64,000 nt of DNA, taken from positions 456,252 through 520,251 of the forward strand of contig CAWDML010000005.1 in assembly GCA_963803435.1 (NCBI GenBank), written 5' to 3'. This stretch comes from an uncultured delta proteobacterium. GTDB lineage: Bacteria > Myxococcota > Kuafuiibacteriia > Kuafuiibacteriales > Kuafuiibacteriaceae. Position 1 is the first letter of the stretch. Every line of letters begins with the position of its first letter. The translations under genes and the position numbers were made by a program. The notes beneath the pieces were generated by a model. The model had not been told where the DNA came from. It made no database searches and saw nothing but the letters and a program-made list of their open reading frames with translations. Positions 33,610 through 45,879 of the stretch are shown one piece after another.

Positions 33610-35253
33610 ATGACGTAGTGATGGAGAGCCTCCGAGATGTGTTGGACGGCGCATTTCTTGGAATGCGCCACGCGCGCGAGGCCCTCTCGCCGGCGCTGGT
33701 GCCGCGGGAGGTTGGGACCGTCGCGATGATCTCCACCGGCATCGCCCGGGTCTCCGGCCTACCTGGGGTCGGCTTCGAGGAGATCGTGAAGTTTCCCGGT
33801 GGCGTGTACGGCGTCGCGTTCAACGTCGACGAGGATGACGTCGGCGTCGTGTTGCTCGGTGAGTACTCGCACCTTCATGCGGGCGATGAAGTCGAGCGCA
33901 CGGGCCGGGTATTGGACGTCGCTGTGGGGGATGGCTTGATTGGGCGAGTGATCGATCCGCTGGGTCGGGCCCTCGATGGCGGCGGTCGAGTGGTCTCCAC
34001 CGCGCGACTACCCATCGAACGGCCGGCTGCCCAGATCATGGACCGCGCGCCCGTCACGGTTCCGCTCCAAACCGGATTGAAAGTCGTTGATGCTCTGATT
34101 CCGATCGGACGCGGGCAGCGCGAGTTGATTCTCGGTGATCGGCAGACGGGCAAGAGCGCCATCGCGATCGACACGGTTCTGAATCAGCGAGGACAGGACG
34201 TGTTGTGCATCTATTGTTTCATCGGGCAGCGGGCTTCGGCGGTGGCCAAGACGATCGCCAGCCTGAGGGAAAAGGGCGCGATGGATTATTCCGTGGTGGT
34301 CGTGACGGAAGGAAATGACCCGCCCGGTCTCGCGTATATTGCGCCCTACGCTGCGACCAGCATCGCGGAGCACTTCATGGAGGCCGGACACGACGTCCTG
34401 ATCGTCTACGACGATCTCACGCAGCACGCACGCGCTTATCGCGAGCTTTCGCTCCTCTTGCGGCGGCCCCCGGGCCGAGAGGCCTTTCCAGGCGATATCT
34501 TCTACATCCACTCGCGTCTCCTCGAGCGAGCCACGCATCTGCGCGCGGAGCTTGGCAACGGCTCGCTCACGGCGCTGCCGATCATCGAGACCGAGGCCCA
34601 AAACATCTCGGCCTACATTCCGACCAATCTGATCTCGATCACCGATGGGCAGATCTATTTGTCACCGGCGCTGTTCGAGCTGGGCGTCCTGCCGGCGGTG
34701 GATGTCGGCAAATCAGTATCTCGAGTCGGGGGCAAAGCGCAGCGAGGCGCCTACCGCGCGGTGGCAGGCGACCTCAAGCTTGCCTACGCACAGTTCGAGG
34801 AACTCGAGACCTTTGCCCGCTTTGGTGCCCGCCTCGATGACGACACGCAAGAAGCGCATCGAGCATGGTCGGCGAATCCGCGCCTGCCTCAAGCAGGCGG
34901 AGTTCGCACCGGTGTCCGTATCCGCGCAGATCGCCGTTCTGTTGGCGCTGACTGCGAAGCTCTTCGACGAGGTTTCGATCGACCAGATGATCGAGGCCGA
35001 GCATGCGGTCGAGGAAGCGGCGGCCGACATCCCAAAAGACGTGTGCGTGCGGTTCGACACGGCTGCGACTTTGAGTGACTCCGATCGTGACGCGATCGTC
35101 GAGATAGCTCAGAAGGCGCTTGCCCGTTTTCAGCCCAAGCCGGAATCCAAAGTCGAAGCCAAGTCGGCGCCGGACCAACCGGCGTCTCATGCGGAGAGCA
35201 AACCCACAGTCAAACCCAAGCCCCCTTCGGCGACAGTCGCGGAGAACAAATGA
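33606..35253 (+). CDS. atpA: ATPase alpha subunit, frameshift at about 34850
   Basis: [27 protein letters not shown]; [15 protein letters not shown] continues in the shifted frame. Confidence 0.93.
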
Positions 35254-36147
35254 GCGACACGACGGCGAGCCTGCGCCGGAAGCTCGACAGCGCCCGCGAG
35301 CTGCAGTCCGTCGTCCGCACGATGAAATCCTTGGCCGCATCGAGCATCGGCCAATACGAACGCTCGGTGCATGCCTTGGCCGATTACTATCGCACCGTAG
35401 AACTTGGCTTGGGTGTCTGTCTTCGGGCGAGCGAGCCCGTCGTGTCGATGGTGGTGCAGAGAGGAAAGAACGAGGGCCGCGTGATCGGTGCGGTGGTCTT
35501 CGGCTCCGATCAGGGCCTGGTGGGTCAGTTCAATGACGTGGTGGCCGCGAGCGCGATCAAGGCGCTGTCGGCGCTGCCCGGTCAGGCCCGAGTGTGGGTC
35601 GTTGGCGAACGGATTCATGCGAGTCTCGCGGAGGCCGGTCTGCGGCTGATGAAGCTCTTCAGCGTACCCAACTCCGTGGAGGGCATTGTCCCGCTGGTCG
35701 GAGAGATTCTCCTCGAGAGCGAGAGCGGTCCTCACGACCATTCGGAGGTGACCGAGCTCCACCTCCTCTACAACCAGCACGGCTCCGGGCCCGTCTACGC
35801 GCCCGTGAGTCAGCGACTGCTGCCGCTCGACGAAGATTGGCGGCGTAAGCTGGCTGAGCGTCCCTGGCCGACGGCGATCCTGCCCGAGGTCATGGGAAGG
35901 GGCACGGAGACGCTTGAGAGCGCTGATCCGTGAATACCTCTTCGTTTCGCTGTTTCGAGCGTGCGCCGAGTCCCTCGCGAGCGAAAACGCGAGCCGGCTG
36001 GCGGCGATGGAACGCGCCGACAAGAACATCGACGAATTGCTGCAGGACTTGGGTGGGACCTTTCATCGACTACGCCAGAGAGCCATCGACGAGGAGCTCT
36101 TCGACGTCATCTCCGGCTTCGAGGCGCTGGCCGGAGCCGAACGGTAG
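35250..36147 (+). CDS. atpG: ATPase gamma subunit, frameshift at about 35910
   Basis: [21 protein letters not shown]; [15 protein letters not shown] and RQ..I.EEL in the shifted frame. Confidence 0.92.
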
Positions 36148-36178
36148 TTCGCGACCACCAGCGTCATTGGGGGAAAAG

Positions 36179-37048
36179 ATGAAGTTGCACGTCAATGACT
36201 TCCGCGTCGACGAGGGCGCCGATGTCAATCTCGCGAAGTGGCCGACGCGAGTGGCTCCGATTTACGACTCGAAGGACGACTATCACAAGCTTCTCGAGAA
36301 GGACGTCGCACGACTGAGTGCTCTACAGGAGCTCCTCTATGCGTCCGACAAATATGCCGTCCTACTCATCTTCCAAGCGATGGACGCCGCAGGAAAAGAC
36401 GGGGCCATCAAGCACGTGATGTCGGGTGTCAACCCGCAGGGCTGCCAGGTATTCAGCTACAAGCATCCGAGCGTTGCCGAACAGCAACATGATTTCCTCT
36501 GGCGAACGACCCGTGATCTCCCGGAGCGCGGGAGGATCGGGATCTTCAATCGCTCGTACTATGAGGAAGTGCTGATCGTACGTGTGCACCGCGACATTCT
36601 TCAGAGCGAAGGGGTCCCGGACTCGCCGCGGCACGACAAGACGATCTGGCGCCACCGCTATCGCTCGATCGCGGATCTGGAGAAGCACCTCCACGAGAAC
36701 GGAACTCGCATCATCAAGTTCTTCCTTCACCTCTCGGAGGAAGAGCAGCGAAAGCGCTTCCTCGCTCGGATCGACGAGCCGACCAAGAATTGGAAGTTCG
36801 GCCCAGCCGACATCGCCGAGCGGAAGCTGTGGCCCCACTATATGAAGGCCTATGAGGAATGCATCGGCGCGACCAGCTCGGACAATTCGCCCTGGTATAT
36901 CGTGCCCGCCGACGACAAGGACAACGCGCGACTGATCATCTCCGGGATCGTTCTCGATACCCTCGACGGACTCGAGATGAACTATCCCGTGGCGAGCGAA
37001 CAACGTCGGCGCGAATTGCTGACCATTCGGCAGGAGCTCGCGAAGTAA
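36179..37048 (+). CDS. ppk2: Polyphosphate kinase 2 family protein
   Basis: [37 protein letters not shown]. Confidence 0.95.
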   Translation: MKLHVNDFRVDEGADVNLAKWPTRVAPIYDSKDDYHKLLEKDVARLSALQELLYASDKYAVLLIFQAMDAAGKDGAIKHVMSGVNPQGCQVFSYKHPSVAEQQHDFLWRTTRDLPERGRIGIFNRSYYEEVLIVRVHRDILQSEGVPDSPRHDKTIWRHRYRSIADLEKHLHENGTRIIKFFLHLSEEEQRKRFLARIDEPTKNWKFGPADIAERKLWPHYMKAYEECIGATSSDNSPWYIVPADDKDNARLIISGIVLDTLDGLEMNYPVASEQRRRELLTIRQELAK

Positions 37049-37580
37049 CAGCTCTTGACCGTCAGTTGAAGCTGCATCCATCCGCGTGCGAGCGCTGTTC
37101 GATCTCGATGAGACCGATCCCAGCGGCCCCCGCCCTGTTCGGCGGCAGGTCGCATCTTCACGCATAACGTCCGGGAACAACGACCACCGGCTTTCATGCG
37201 CAGGCATCCCTCGTGTATCGCCGGAAAAGGTCAACGCGGAGATCCGCAGATTGATCGCGTCCAATCCGTCGGCGAATGGCCGATCTCGCCGGAGTCGGTC
37301 TCTTCGTTGCCAACGAAGATTCAACCGCCTTTCAGCTCAAGGAAGGCGACGCCGAGTTGGATCGCACCTTGCGCGATCTCGCTCGCTCTGCTTCACAGCG
37401 CTGGCGATCAATAACGGCCTCCTCGTTCGCGATCCTCGAATGCAGCTTCCTGGTGCTCGCCTTCGGCCGCCCTGTCCATGAGACACAGCATTACTACTAT
37501 CTGTCTCGGCTCGCGGCGTTCGTATAGATCATCGTGGGGATCTTCGACAAGAACCGACGAAAGGATCGCCCGAGACAACC

Positions 37581-39700
37581 TTGACCTTCCTCGCGCTGAC
37601 CGTCCTCCTCAGCGCCGCGACCGCACCGCTGAGCGCAGAGGTTCATGAGACTTCGACCGCCACCGCGACCTTCGCGAACCTGATCGCAGAACTCAAGGCG
37701 ATCGAGCAGACGTTGACCACGACGACCTCCACCGCCGCCCTCCTCTCCGAGGAGGGAAGGGAGATGCAGACCGCGACGGCGTCGGCAGCGAGCGTCGCGT
37801 CTGGCCCCTTCGAGCGCGTCTCCGAAGGACCCCCGCCGGCGCACCGAGAGGAGGCGATCCGACTGGTCTTTACCGGCCGCTTCAACGGCCTCGGCGTCGA
37901 TCGCTATCGGTTCGATCTTCCCGAACGACTCGATCGGCTCCTCACAGGACGTGGCGGGCTCTCTCGAGTGCAAGCGCATCATGGAGTCTTGGTGCAGCGA
38001 TCGTCGCTCTTGGTCGCTCCCGACGGCCGCGCGAGCAGCTTGATCGACTTCTTTGCCGGCGGCTCCACGGAGCCGAACGTCGCGTGCGACTTGCCCGAGG
38101 AAGCGTGGTCTGTGCTTTCGGGCGCGGAGCGGCTGATCCTCCCCGTCGGCGAAGAGTGGCAGCCGGCGAGCGCGGCCCCCTGGTGGCTTCGCGAGCTCGC
38201 CAAGACCGGCGTGATGCGCGAGTTCGAGCGCCGTCGTTGCCGAGCCGGCGGGCATCAGGCGTTCCTGTACTCCCCTGCCTCCGACGAGTTTCGCCCGCCG
38301 AGCTGGCGGCTCTCCGACTTCGAGTTTCGACGCTAGCGGTCGACCTCCACGACGAGCGAAGGACTTCGACGATCGAGATCGTCGGCCTACCAGCCAATGA
38401 GCCCGCCCGACGCTTTCATCTGCTGAAGGCGGAGCGTGATGAGCCGGGCCCCACACTCTACGTCGACGCCGGGTCTTTCGTCGATGGCTCGAGCCGACTC
38501 GACAACGGCCGGCTCAGCCTCCATCGCCCGCTCGCGTTTGAGATGCTCTCTCGCCTGCGCCCCACGGCCCTCGTGCCCGGGCAGACGGAGCTGATCCCGG
38601 GCGTGGCGGACTTCCTCGCGCAGGCGCGGTTCGCGCGGCTCCCCTACGTAGCAACCAATTGGGCCACCGAGCACCCTGGGGATGCGCTCCCGAAGTCGCT
38701 CATCTCCGACGTCGAGCTCACCTCGAGCGTCGTCTTGCGGGTGGCATTCCTCGGGATCGTCGATCCCAACCTCGAGCGCCGGGTGGCGCACCTGAAGACC
38801 GACGGGATTCGCATCGGCGAGCCGATTCAGGCCGTCCATGACGAGCTCGATCGGCTTGCGAGGGACGCGCATCCGCCCGACGTGGTCATCATCCTGACCT
38901 CGGCGGGCCCGGAGGTCGTCGACAAGATTCGACGAGTTCCCGGGATCGATCTCGGCGATGCGAACTCCGCCGAAGATCGGACGACCCAAACGACGATCCA
39001 CCTGAAAGCCGACAACGACGACCACCGTCCCGTCGCGGCGCTCTTGCCGTTGCGGGCGATCGGTTCGGCGAAGCTGACCCTCTCCCACGACCAAACGAGG
39101 TGGGCGCTCACCACCATCGACTCGTCCTTTCTGGAGACGAGGGAAGATCTGCTCCCCGATCCGCGGGTGACGGCCGTGCTGCCCCAAGTGCGCGCGGCCG
39201 CCTATCCGCGGCTCGAGAAGATCCGCCTACAGAAAAAGCCCGGAGGACCTTTGGCCGCGCTGACGGATGATGAGTGGCAACACGTCGTCTGCGAGTGCGT
39301 GCGCAAATACACCAGCGCCGACGTCGTGTTCCTCCCCGATCTGCCGAGCATCGAGCGACTGCCCGGGGCCATCTCCGGGATCGTGCTCGCCCAGCGTTTG
39401 GCGGTGATCGATCAGCTCGCCGTCGACGCCGTGGGGGGGACGATCTGGCCGGCATCCTCCATCAACCTCCGCCGGGCATCAGTACCGCCTGCAGAGGCCA
39501 GCTGGGAGCGGCAGGGAACGAAGTTGGGGGACGTCCGCTTTCGAGCGCTCGGACCTATCGGATCGCCACCACCGATCGGGCGATCGTCCTCGGCTTGGGC
39601 GAGCGCTTGGCCGCGGTCCACGCGGCGCGACTATTCGAGTCGAGCGAGGTCGAGCGATTGGTGACGTCCAATGGCGATCCGACGACCCTTCGTCACTAGG
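37581..39700 (+). pseudogene. Secreted metallophosphatase/5'-nucleotidase-like gene, frameshifted and truncated
   Basis: Signal peptide; LYVDAGSF, PYVATN, RVAFLGIV, DVVIILT, RTYRIATTD segments split across frames. Confidence 0.55.
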
Positions 39701-40183
39701 GCCAAGGCGTCGAGTGCATCGTCCGTCCATGTTCGCGCCTTTCGGCGACTCGGCGTCCTGGTCCTCAGTTGCGGTGTCCTTGCTGGGCTCGGTGCCACCT
39801 CGTTCTGGAGGATTCGCTCGTTGCGGACAGCCGAGAGTCGCGCGATCGGCCAGCTGGAGGATCGCGTCGTGCTCGGCAAAATCCGGCTCGCGTTCGAGCA
39901 TGAGATCGCCGCCGGTCGCGGATACCTCGTCGCCCGATCAGGAGACTTCCAAACCCGCGCGGAAGGCGCTCGACGGGAGTTCTTGGACAGCATCGGGAAT
40001 CTACGGCGGACTATTTCGTCCGATCGCATGAACACGTTCATCAACGGGATCGTTACGCAGGAGCAGGTGCACCACGACGCCCCCAAAAATTTCGCCCGCG
40101 AGATTCGGTCCACAGTACGCAAGACGGCCCCCGGTAACACCGTCGACTTTAGCCATACTTGCCCCAGGGTCCGCGCGCCGTGA
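39671..40183 (+). pseudogene. Fragment of a membrane sensor (TM + CHASE3-like periplasmic helix)
   Basis: TM segment followed by E...GRGYLV motif; no kinase domain follows. Confidence 0.35.
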
Positions 40184-40231
40184 ACGACCGCCACAAAGCC
40201 CGGAAGGTATCTCGTTGCGTGTCACCAGGAT

Positions 40232-40516
40232 TCAGCTCGCGAGTGTCTTGGCGCGGGCCACCTCAGCTTCGAGTTCGGCGATCTTCCGATGGAGCGGCGC
40301 GGTCGCTGCTGCGATCTCCGATTCGGTAAACCGCGGCGTGATGTACCCCGGACAGTTCCAATCGAAGGCAACGATGTCGAGCAACACCAATCGTTCGACG
40401 CGGCGCCGGAGCGCGATCGACGGAGACAGGCGATCAGCGATCCGCTGATGCTCCTGGGGGGCCAGCACGCGCGCCTTGGCCAGGATCTTCAACCGCTGCG
40501 CCGGATAGTCCATCAA
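40232..40516 (-). pseudogene. Pyridoxamine 5'-phosphate oxidase-family C-terminal fragment
   Basis: MDYP..RLKI, AFDWNCP.YITPRFT, C-terminal coiled coil; N-terminus decayed. Confidence 0.75.
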
Positions 40517-41184
40517 GAAGAGGGCGACGCGACCCGCACCCCACCGCCGAATACGACGTCAACAGGCTGTAGGCAGGAGCACTGGCTTCGTCGGGGCGAC
40601 CTCTTAAGTTCGGAAGCGCGGCCCCGGGGTATCGGATTTTCATAACCATACTTGCTCGGCCGTTGCCTGCCTCGCCCCGGAAGTCCATGCGTACACGCTC
40701 CGGAGCAGGGGCGTTCTCGAGGAACTCGTTGAGATGCTCGGTGGACCACGTGTAGCAGGTTTACCGATAGAACGCCTTCCCCTGTGTTCGGCCGTGCATG
40801 CGAAACCGCTGATGGCCACCAGAATCATCTCCGGGAGCGCGTCAACAAGACGTGCCCACGAAAAGTCTGCTTCGCCGCACCGACCTCCTGGGCTCTTCCG
40901 CTGGCGTGACACCAGTATGGCCTTTGGCGGTTTTGTTCCCGTGTCGAGAGTCTTCTCTTGCCCCAAAGGGTCACCGCGTGCAAACCAGCGGGAGCCCTCT
41001 GTTGGGCACGTGCCCACGACGCTCGGTCCCTTGAATTCGCCGAGGGACCATCTCCGTGGTGCCGCAACAACGCATTCAATCCTGGCGAGTCCATTGAAGG
41101 ACTCAAATGCAACCAACCTTCCGCTCCGGCTGTGCAAGTGACTCGTCGTCCTCCTGTGTCTCCGAAGAAACAGGAGATTGCAAA

Positions 41185-41736
41185 ATGAACCATGCAGCGA
41201 AACGCAAGACCAAGAAGCTGCACGCGCTCGAATCTGGGAGAACCGAGCGCGACCTCCTCCAAGCGCTCGGACAATGCCTCGCAAGGCGATTCGACCCTGA
41301 TCTGTTCGACTATCCATCGTGTATGGAGTGCGGTGCCGCGTGCCACGATGACTTCGCAGTACAGGATCAGATTTGGCTCCAAGCGGTTCCCGGCTGCGCT
41401 GGACACCTTCATCTCTGCTGCCTTGAAAAGCGTGTCGGGCGGGCTCTCGTTGTGGAAGACTTCCAGCAGGACGCGCCGTGCAATCAAGAGCTCTTGGTAG
41501 CAATGCGGTGTGGCTGGCACTGGGAGAGTCTCCAGAACTTCGACAGCCGGCTGAGAACGATTGCCTGGTTGCTGCTCAAAAGGCTTGAAGCCGGAACGTA
41601 TCCGTTGCCCAACGATCAAGTCGGCCCCGATCGTCCACTTTCGGAGGATCCCGCGCGGCTTCTTTCGGAAATAATAGAAGATGGCACACTCGGCGAACTT
41701 GGCACCTTCATGACCTTGATCGACTCTCGAACCTAG
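41185..41736 (+). CDS. Hypothetical Cys-containing (putative Zn-binding) phage-like protein
   Basis: AGGAG RBS; CMEC...F.V.D.IW...G.L...CLEKRVGR.L..EDF. Confidence 0.65.
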   Translation: MNHAAKRKTKKLHALESGRTERDLLQALGQCLARRFDPDLFDYPSCMECGAACHDDFAVQDQIWLQAVPGCAGHLHLCCLEKRVGRALVVEDFQQDAPCNQELLVAMRCGWHWESLQNFDSRLRTIAWLLLKRLEAGTYPLPNDQVGPDRPLSEDPARLLSEIIEDGTLGELGTFMTLIDSRT

Positions 41737-41979
41737 CGCCTGCCAACTCGAGGTCCGCCATCATGTGCACTCGTCCCCGACGGATTCGCTTGAGATGTTC
41801 CGTTGTGCAGGACCACCAACGAAATATCGGTCTCCGGCGCGCCGCCAGAGAAGGTTGATCATCGACTGAACCCGCTAATCGCAGCGTCAACAGGTTGGGG
41901 TGCGAGGATGGGAAGCGCCCGTGCTGATCTCCGTCTCTCCGTTCACGCAGTTGGTCACCGATCAATGCACAGAGATCGC

Positions 41980-42267
41980 TCAGCTCAGAGCGGGCGGACG
42001 CCCATAGAGGCGCCATACTTCGCCCACCTTGCTCAACTCTACGCCCTCGCATCCTGCGCAGTTGCAGGGTGCGGTGACCCTCCACTCCAAGTTGCGCCAC
42101 AGCATGCTCTCGGCAACGGCTTGAAGATCCCGCCTCAAGGTCCCACGCTGGTGCAACTCGAAGCTTACGAGGCTCAGCAGGTCGTTGCTCCTGCCCTCCT
42201 TGGCGGCCTCGCGCGCAAGTTTCGATAGTGCAGCGCGACTCTCCTGGATCTCATTGTTGGTCAACAT
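41980..42267 (-). CDS. Hypothetical protein
   Basis: AAGGA RBS; 95 aa with a C.C..C cluster. Confidence 0.55.
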   Translation of the reverse strand: MLTNNEIQESRAALSKLAREAAKEGRSNDLLSLVSFELHQRGTLRRDLQAVAESMLWRNLEWRVTAPCNCAGCEGVELSKVGEVWRLYGRPPALS

Positions 42268-42473
42268 GTACGAATCCTTCCTCCGCGAGTCGGCTCACCG
42301 ATTGCGATGAGCCTTTGTCGCCGATGGGGGCCATGCTGCGGTTCGGAGGGATCGGTGGGGAGCGGGACGTCCAAGCGAGGCGCTCAGGGCGAGAACGACG
42401 GCTGAAATCGTGTCGCTGTAGGACGAGTCGTTGTTGGCGACCTTTGGCTGGATCTTCATCCCATGAAGAATGT

Positions 42474-42809
42474 CTACGGTGGTACGGTGCGCTGGGGTAC
42501 CGGGATCAACCTCCAGTGAATCTGGGACCGGTACCGAAGCTTCGAGCCGCCGCTCGCTGGAAAGCAGCCCCGGCAGTGGAGCGACTTGGCGACGTCGGAA
42601 ACGAGCAGGTCCGCCCGCCTCGTTCCGCATTCCGGACACAAGAACCAGGGCCGCAAGCCGCCAAACCCACCAGGTGTGTGCTGAATGAAGATCTTCCATC
42701 TGCCGAGTTCGACGGTGACCGGAGCGTCGCTGTCGCCATGACGCTCTGGCAGGACATCACGTACCCTCAGGCGAGGAACGTCTTCGACAGCACGGGCTGT
42801 GGAAATCAT
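42474..42809 (-). CDS. Zn-finger hypothetical protein of mobile elements
   Basis: GG.RPWFLCP.CG.R...L.CRGC...LRY.SQ motif. Confidence 0.65.
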   Translation of the reverse strand: MISTARAVEDVPRLRVRDVLPERHGDSDAPVTVELGRWKIFIQHTPGGFGGLRPWFLCPECGTRRADLLVSDVAKSLHCRGCFPASGGSKLRYRSQIHWRLIPVPQRTVPP

Positions 42810-42820
42810 CTTGGGAAGCC

Positions 42821-43402
42821 CTACTCCTCGGATCCGATCCTCAGCGACTGCACGCCACCGTTGACGTTCTTCACAGCGATGTTCACCTGCGGCCGCCTGC
42901 TTCGGATCAGCGCCTCCACGGCGGCCCGAGCCTCGGCTCTTGCCCAACATGCCATGCGGTCGACTTTGGACGCCTCCTTGATGCGGCCGTCGCTCATCAG
43001 TTTGGTCGCGACCATCGCGCGGACCTGGGCTGCGAAGAAGCTGCCAAGAGCGATGTCGGCGAGCAGCGCAATTTCGGGAGTGCGACCGTAGCGTTCGATC
43101 AGAGCTGCACGTACCGGGGCCATCGACGAGAAGATCTCGGCCTCGGTCTGATTGCCGAAACCGGGCATCAAGGACACGGCCGCTCGCCCGTTGAGGAAGG
43201 TCTCGAGTCCATCGACATCATCAATCTCCCCGCCTCTGCCGCCGACGAATAGATCCAGAACTTCGTCGACTGACATCGGTGCGTAGTCGAACCGCTCGGG
43301 GTGAAGATGCGGATCACTCGTACGCGCATGTGGAAGGCGCTTCTTCATCTCCCGAGCGAGCGCGTGGGGGTCGAGTCGGATGCGATCTTGAGTCTGCACC
43401 AT
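42821..43402 (-). CDS. Hypothetical protein
   Basis: GGAGG RBS; 193 aa, plausible composition. Confidence 0.65.
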   Translation of the reverse strand: MVQTQDRIRLDPHALAREMKKRLPHARTSDPHLHPERFDYAPMSVDEVLDLFVGGRGGEIDDVDGLETFLNGRAAVSLMPGFGNQTEAEIFSSMAPVRAALIERYGRTPEIALLADIALGSFFAAQVRAMVATKLMSDGRIKEASKVDRMACWARAEARAAVEALIRSRRPQVNIAVKNVNGGVQSLRIGSEE

Positions 43403-43587
43403 GCTCCTCCATTCTCAGGGTTCAATGATCCCGTGGGAAGTGGCGCATCCCGGGACCCGGAAGCGTAGTTGACGGTGCGCCCGCCGACCACCCGCGGTCC
43501 GCGGTGAAATTCGAGGCAGGCATCCTGGGATAAGCATCTTGGCAGTGAGCAATCGCTCGCCGCCTTTCATCGCCAGAAGGAGGCATT

Positions 43588-44551
43588 ATGAATTTCACCA
43601 GGATCAGAGCTGCGCAGGAGCGGCTCGCAAACGCGGGCAGCAACCCACTGGGCACGGTGCTTTGGTGGGCGCTCAACGGAACAAGGATCAACCAGCGGGA
43701 TCTCGCTGCTGTCGCAGAGCGACACGGGCTCGACGCCAGATATCTGCCGGCCGAGCTCAAGACCGCGCAGGCATTTCGGCGTGCCTGGAGACACGCGAGC
43801 ACCAGACTCCCCTCAGGGCTGATGTTGCGACCGATCGGCGACAACTCCGAGGAGATCTCGGTGGGTCTCGTCCAGGAAAAGGCCGACGAGGTGCGGAAGG
43901 AGCTCGACTACGACCTCGTTCTACGGATCGCCTTCGACAAGAAGAACAGCATGATCGCGGGAGACGTCGAGCATGGAGTCGTGGAACAGGTGCGAGAGCT
44001 CTACGACCACCACCTGAACCACACCAGCGAGGACGTCCGGCTCATGATGACAGCATTCCTCGCCGAAGCCGGCGTGACGCTCAGGGATGCGGGAGGCGTG
44101 TACTTCGTACCGGAGGCGAAAGCGGTTCAGCTCGACGCTCTCTGCCGGGTGGTGGAGGAGATCGGTAGGAACCGCACTTTTCGCCTGCCGATCGTGGATA
44201 CGCCGGCCACTCGGATTCTCGCTCCGAGAAGTGGCCGAGCGGACTCTCGATGACGAGGTTCGCCACCTCGAAGAAGAGCTCGCCGGGTTCAATCTCGAGA
44301 AGGTCCGGGAGAGCACGCTTGAGCGGCGCCTCGAGATGTTCGAGCAGCTTCGGTCACGAGCTGCGTTGTTCGCAGGTGTGCTCGCCTTCAAGGCAGACGG
44401 GCTGAACGAGCGCATTGCCTCGATGCGTGACCAACTCCGGAGACACCTCGCGATCGATCTCATTCCGGTCGAGCAGGCCACCCTTTCCGACTCGATGCGG
44501 AAGGTCTCCGTCGCCTTGCGCGCGCCGTTCGCGTCAGACGTGGGCTTCTGA
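43588..44551 (+). CDS. DUF6744-like protein, frameshift at about 44220
   Basis: AGGAGG RBS; LG.VLWW.L, AFRRA, R..GGVYFVP motifs; helical C-terminus continues in frame 44087-44551; family name assigned from memory. Confidence 0.65.
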
Positions 44552-44692
44552 GCGCTTCGCCAAGGTCGGCCCGACATCGGTCGGTCCGCAGCGGGTTCGG
44601 TTCCACAACAACTGCACCGCGACGGTGCAATCACAAACTGGGCAGGCGGCGGCTCAGATGCCGCCGTCTGTCCTCGCAATTGGAGGTCCAAG

Positions 44693-45871
44693 ATGTCGAA
44701 ATTGAAGACTGTTCCCGCGAGCTGCTCGGCAGCCCACCGGGCCACCCTGGAAATTCTGCGCTGTGAGCTCAAGGCGTCGTTCCTTGAACGCGACGAGATC
44801 GTCGATGGCCTGCTGTGCGCGCTGCTCGTCGGCCATCACGTGCTCCTTCTCGGCCCACCTGGGACAGCGAAGAGCGCGCTCGTCAACACGCTCACGGGCT
44901 CCATCGATGGGGCCACCTGCTTTTCCTGGCTACTAACGAAGTTCTCAACGCCGGAGGAGATCTTCGGGCCGATCTCGTTGGCTGCCCTCCAGCAGGATCG
45001 CGTCGCACGCATTACCAGAGGGAAGCTTCCGGAAGCTCACGTGGCCTTCCTGGACGAGATCTTCAAATCGAACTCGGCGATCCTGAACGCGCTCCTCACG
45101 CTGGTGAACGAGCGGGTCTTCTTCAACGATGGGAAGGCGGTCCCGTGCCCGATCCAGACGCTCGTCGCCGCGAGCAACGAGCTGCCCGATGGTCACGAGC
45201 TGGAGGCCCTCTTCGATCGCTTCGCGCTTCGGTATTGGGTTCCGTACGTAGCCGAGCCTCGAAGCATCCGATCTCTGCTGGCGAGCCCGATGGCGCCACG
45301 GAGTCCCTCCATCACGCTGGCGGATCTCAGCCTCTGCCAGAGTGAGGCGGCGAATGTGACCATGCCGGACGCGGTGATCGACGCAGTCATCGCGATCAAG
45401 CAGAAGACCGAGGAGCAAGGCTTTCGGTCGTCGGACCGGCGCTGGCGGAAGCTCATCGAGCTGCTCAAAGCTCGCGCGTACCTCGAGGGCGATGACGTGG
45501 TCGGCGAAGACCACCTCGAGGTCCTCCCGGACTGCCTGTGGCGAGAGCCCAAGGAGAGGCCGGCACTCGCGGCGATCGTCGGCTCGGTAGGCAACCCGGC
45601 CAACGTGAGGGCCCTCGAGATCCTCGATGCCGCGAAGGAGTCGCTGGGCAAGCTCGGCGTCGTCGACGGGAAGGAGGCGAGCGCGAAGGCCGAGTGGCTC
45701 AAGAGCGCGTCCTTGGTGGAATCGCGCCTCAGCGACATGGAGGTGGAGCTATCGGAGCTCGTACAGCAGTACCCGAAGAGAAATCTTCGGCGCGCCAAGG
45801 AGGTGCTTGCGGCGATCACGGGGATGAAGAGCGACATTACGAAGCGCGTGGCTGCGCTCTACAGGTTGTGA
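44693..45871 (+). CDS. MoxR/RavA-like AAA+ ATPase
   Basis: GPPGTAKS Walker A, FLDEIFK Walker B, ASNELP, ALFDRF, SDRRW. Confidence 0.93.
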   Translation: MSKLKTVPASCSAAHRATLEILRCELKASFLERDEIVDGLLCALLVGHHVLLLGPPGTAKSALVNTLTGSIDGATCFSWLLTKFSTPEEIFGPISLAALQQDRVARITRGKLPEAHVAFLDEIFKSNSAILNALLTLVNERVFFNDGKAVPCPIQTLVAASNELPDGHELEALFDRFALRYWVPYVAEPRSIRSLLASPMAPRSPSITLADLSLCQSEAANVTMPDAVIDAVIAIKQKTEEQGFRSSDRRWRKLIELLKARAYLEGDDVVGEDHLEVLPDCLWREPKERPALAAIVGSVGNPANVRALEILDAAKESLGKLGVVDGKEASAKAEWLKSASLVESRLSDMEVELSELVQQYPKRNLRRAKEVLAAITGMKSDITKRVAALYRL

Positions 45872-45879
45872 GGTGAACC

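Noticed and set aside
33375-35915. Programmed frameshifting in atpF, atpA and atpG
   Set aside because: No slippery heptamers or known precedent; indel errors or recent decay explain them better.
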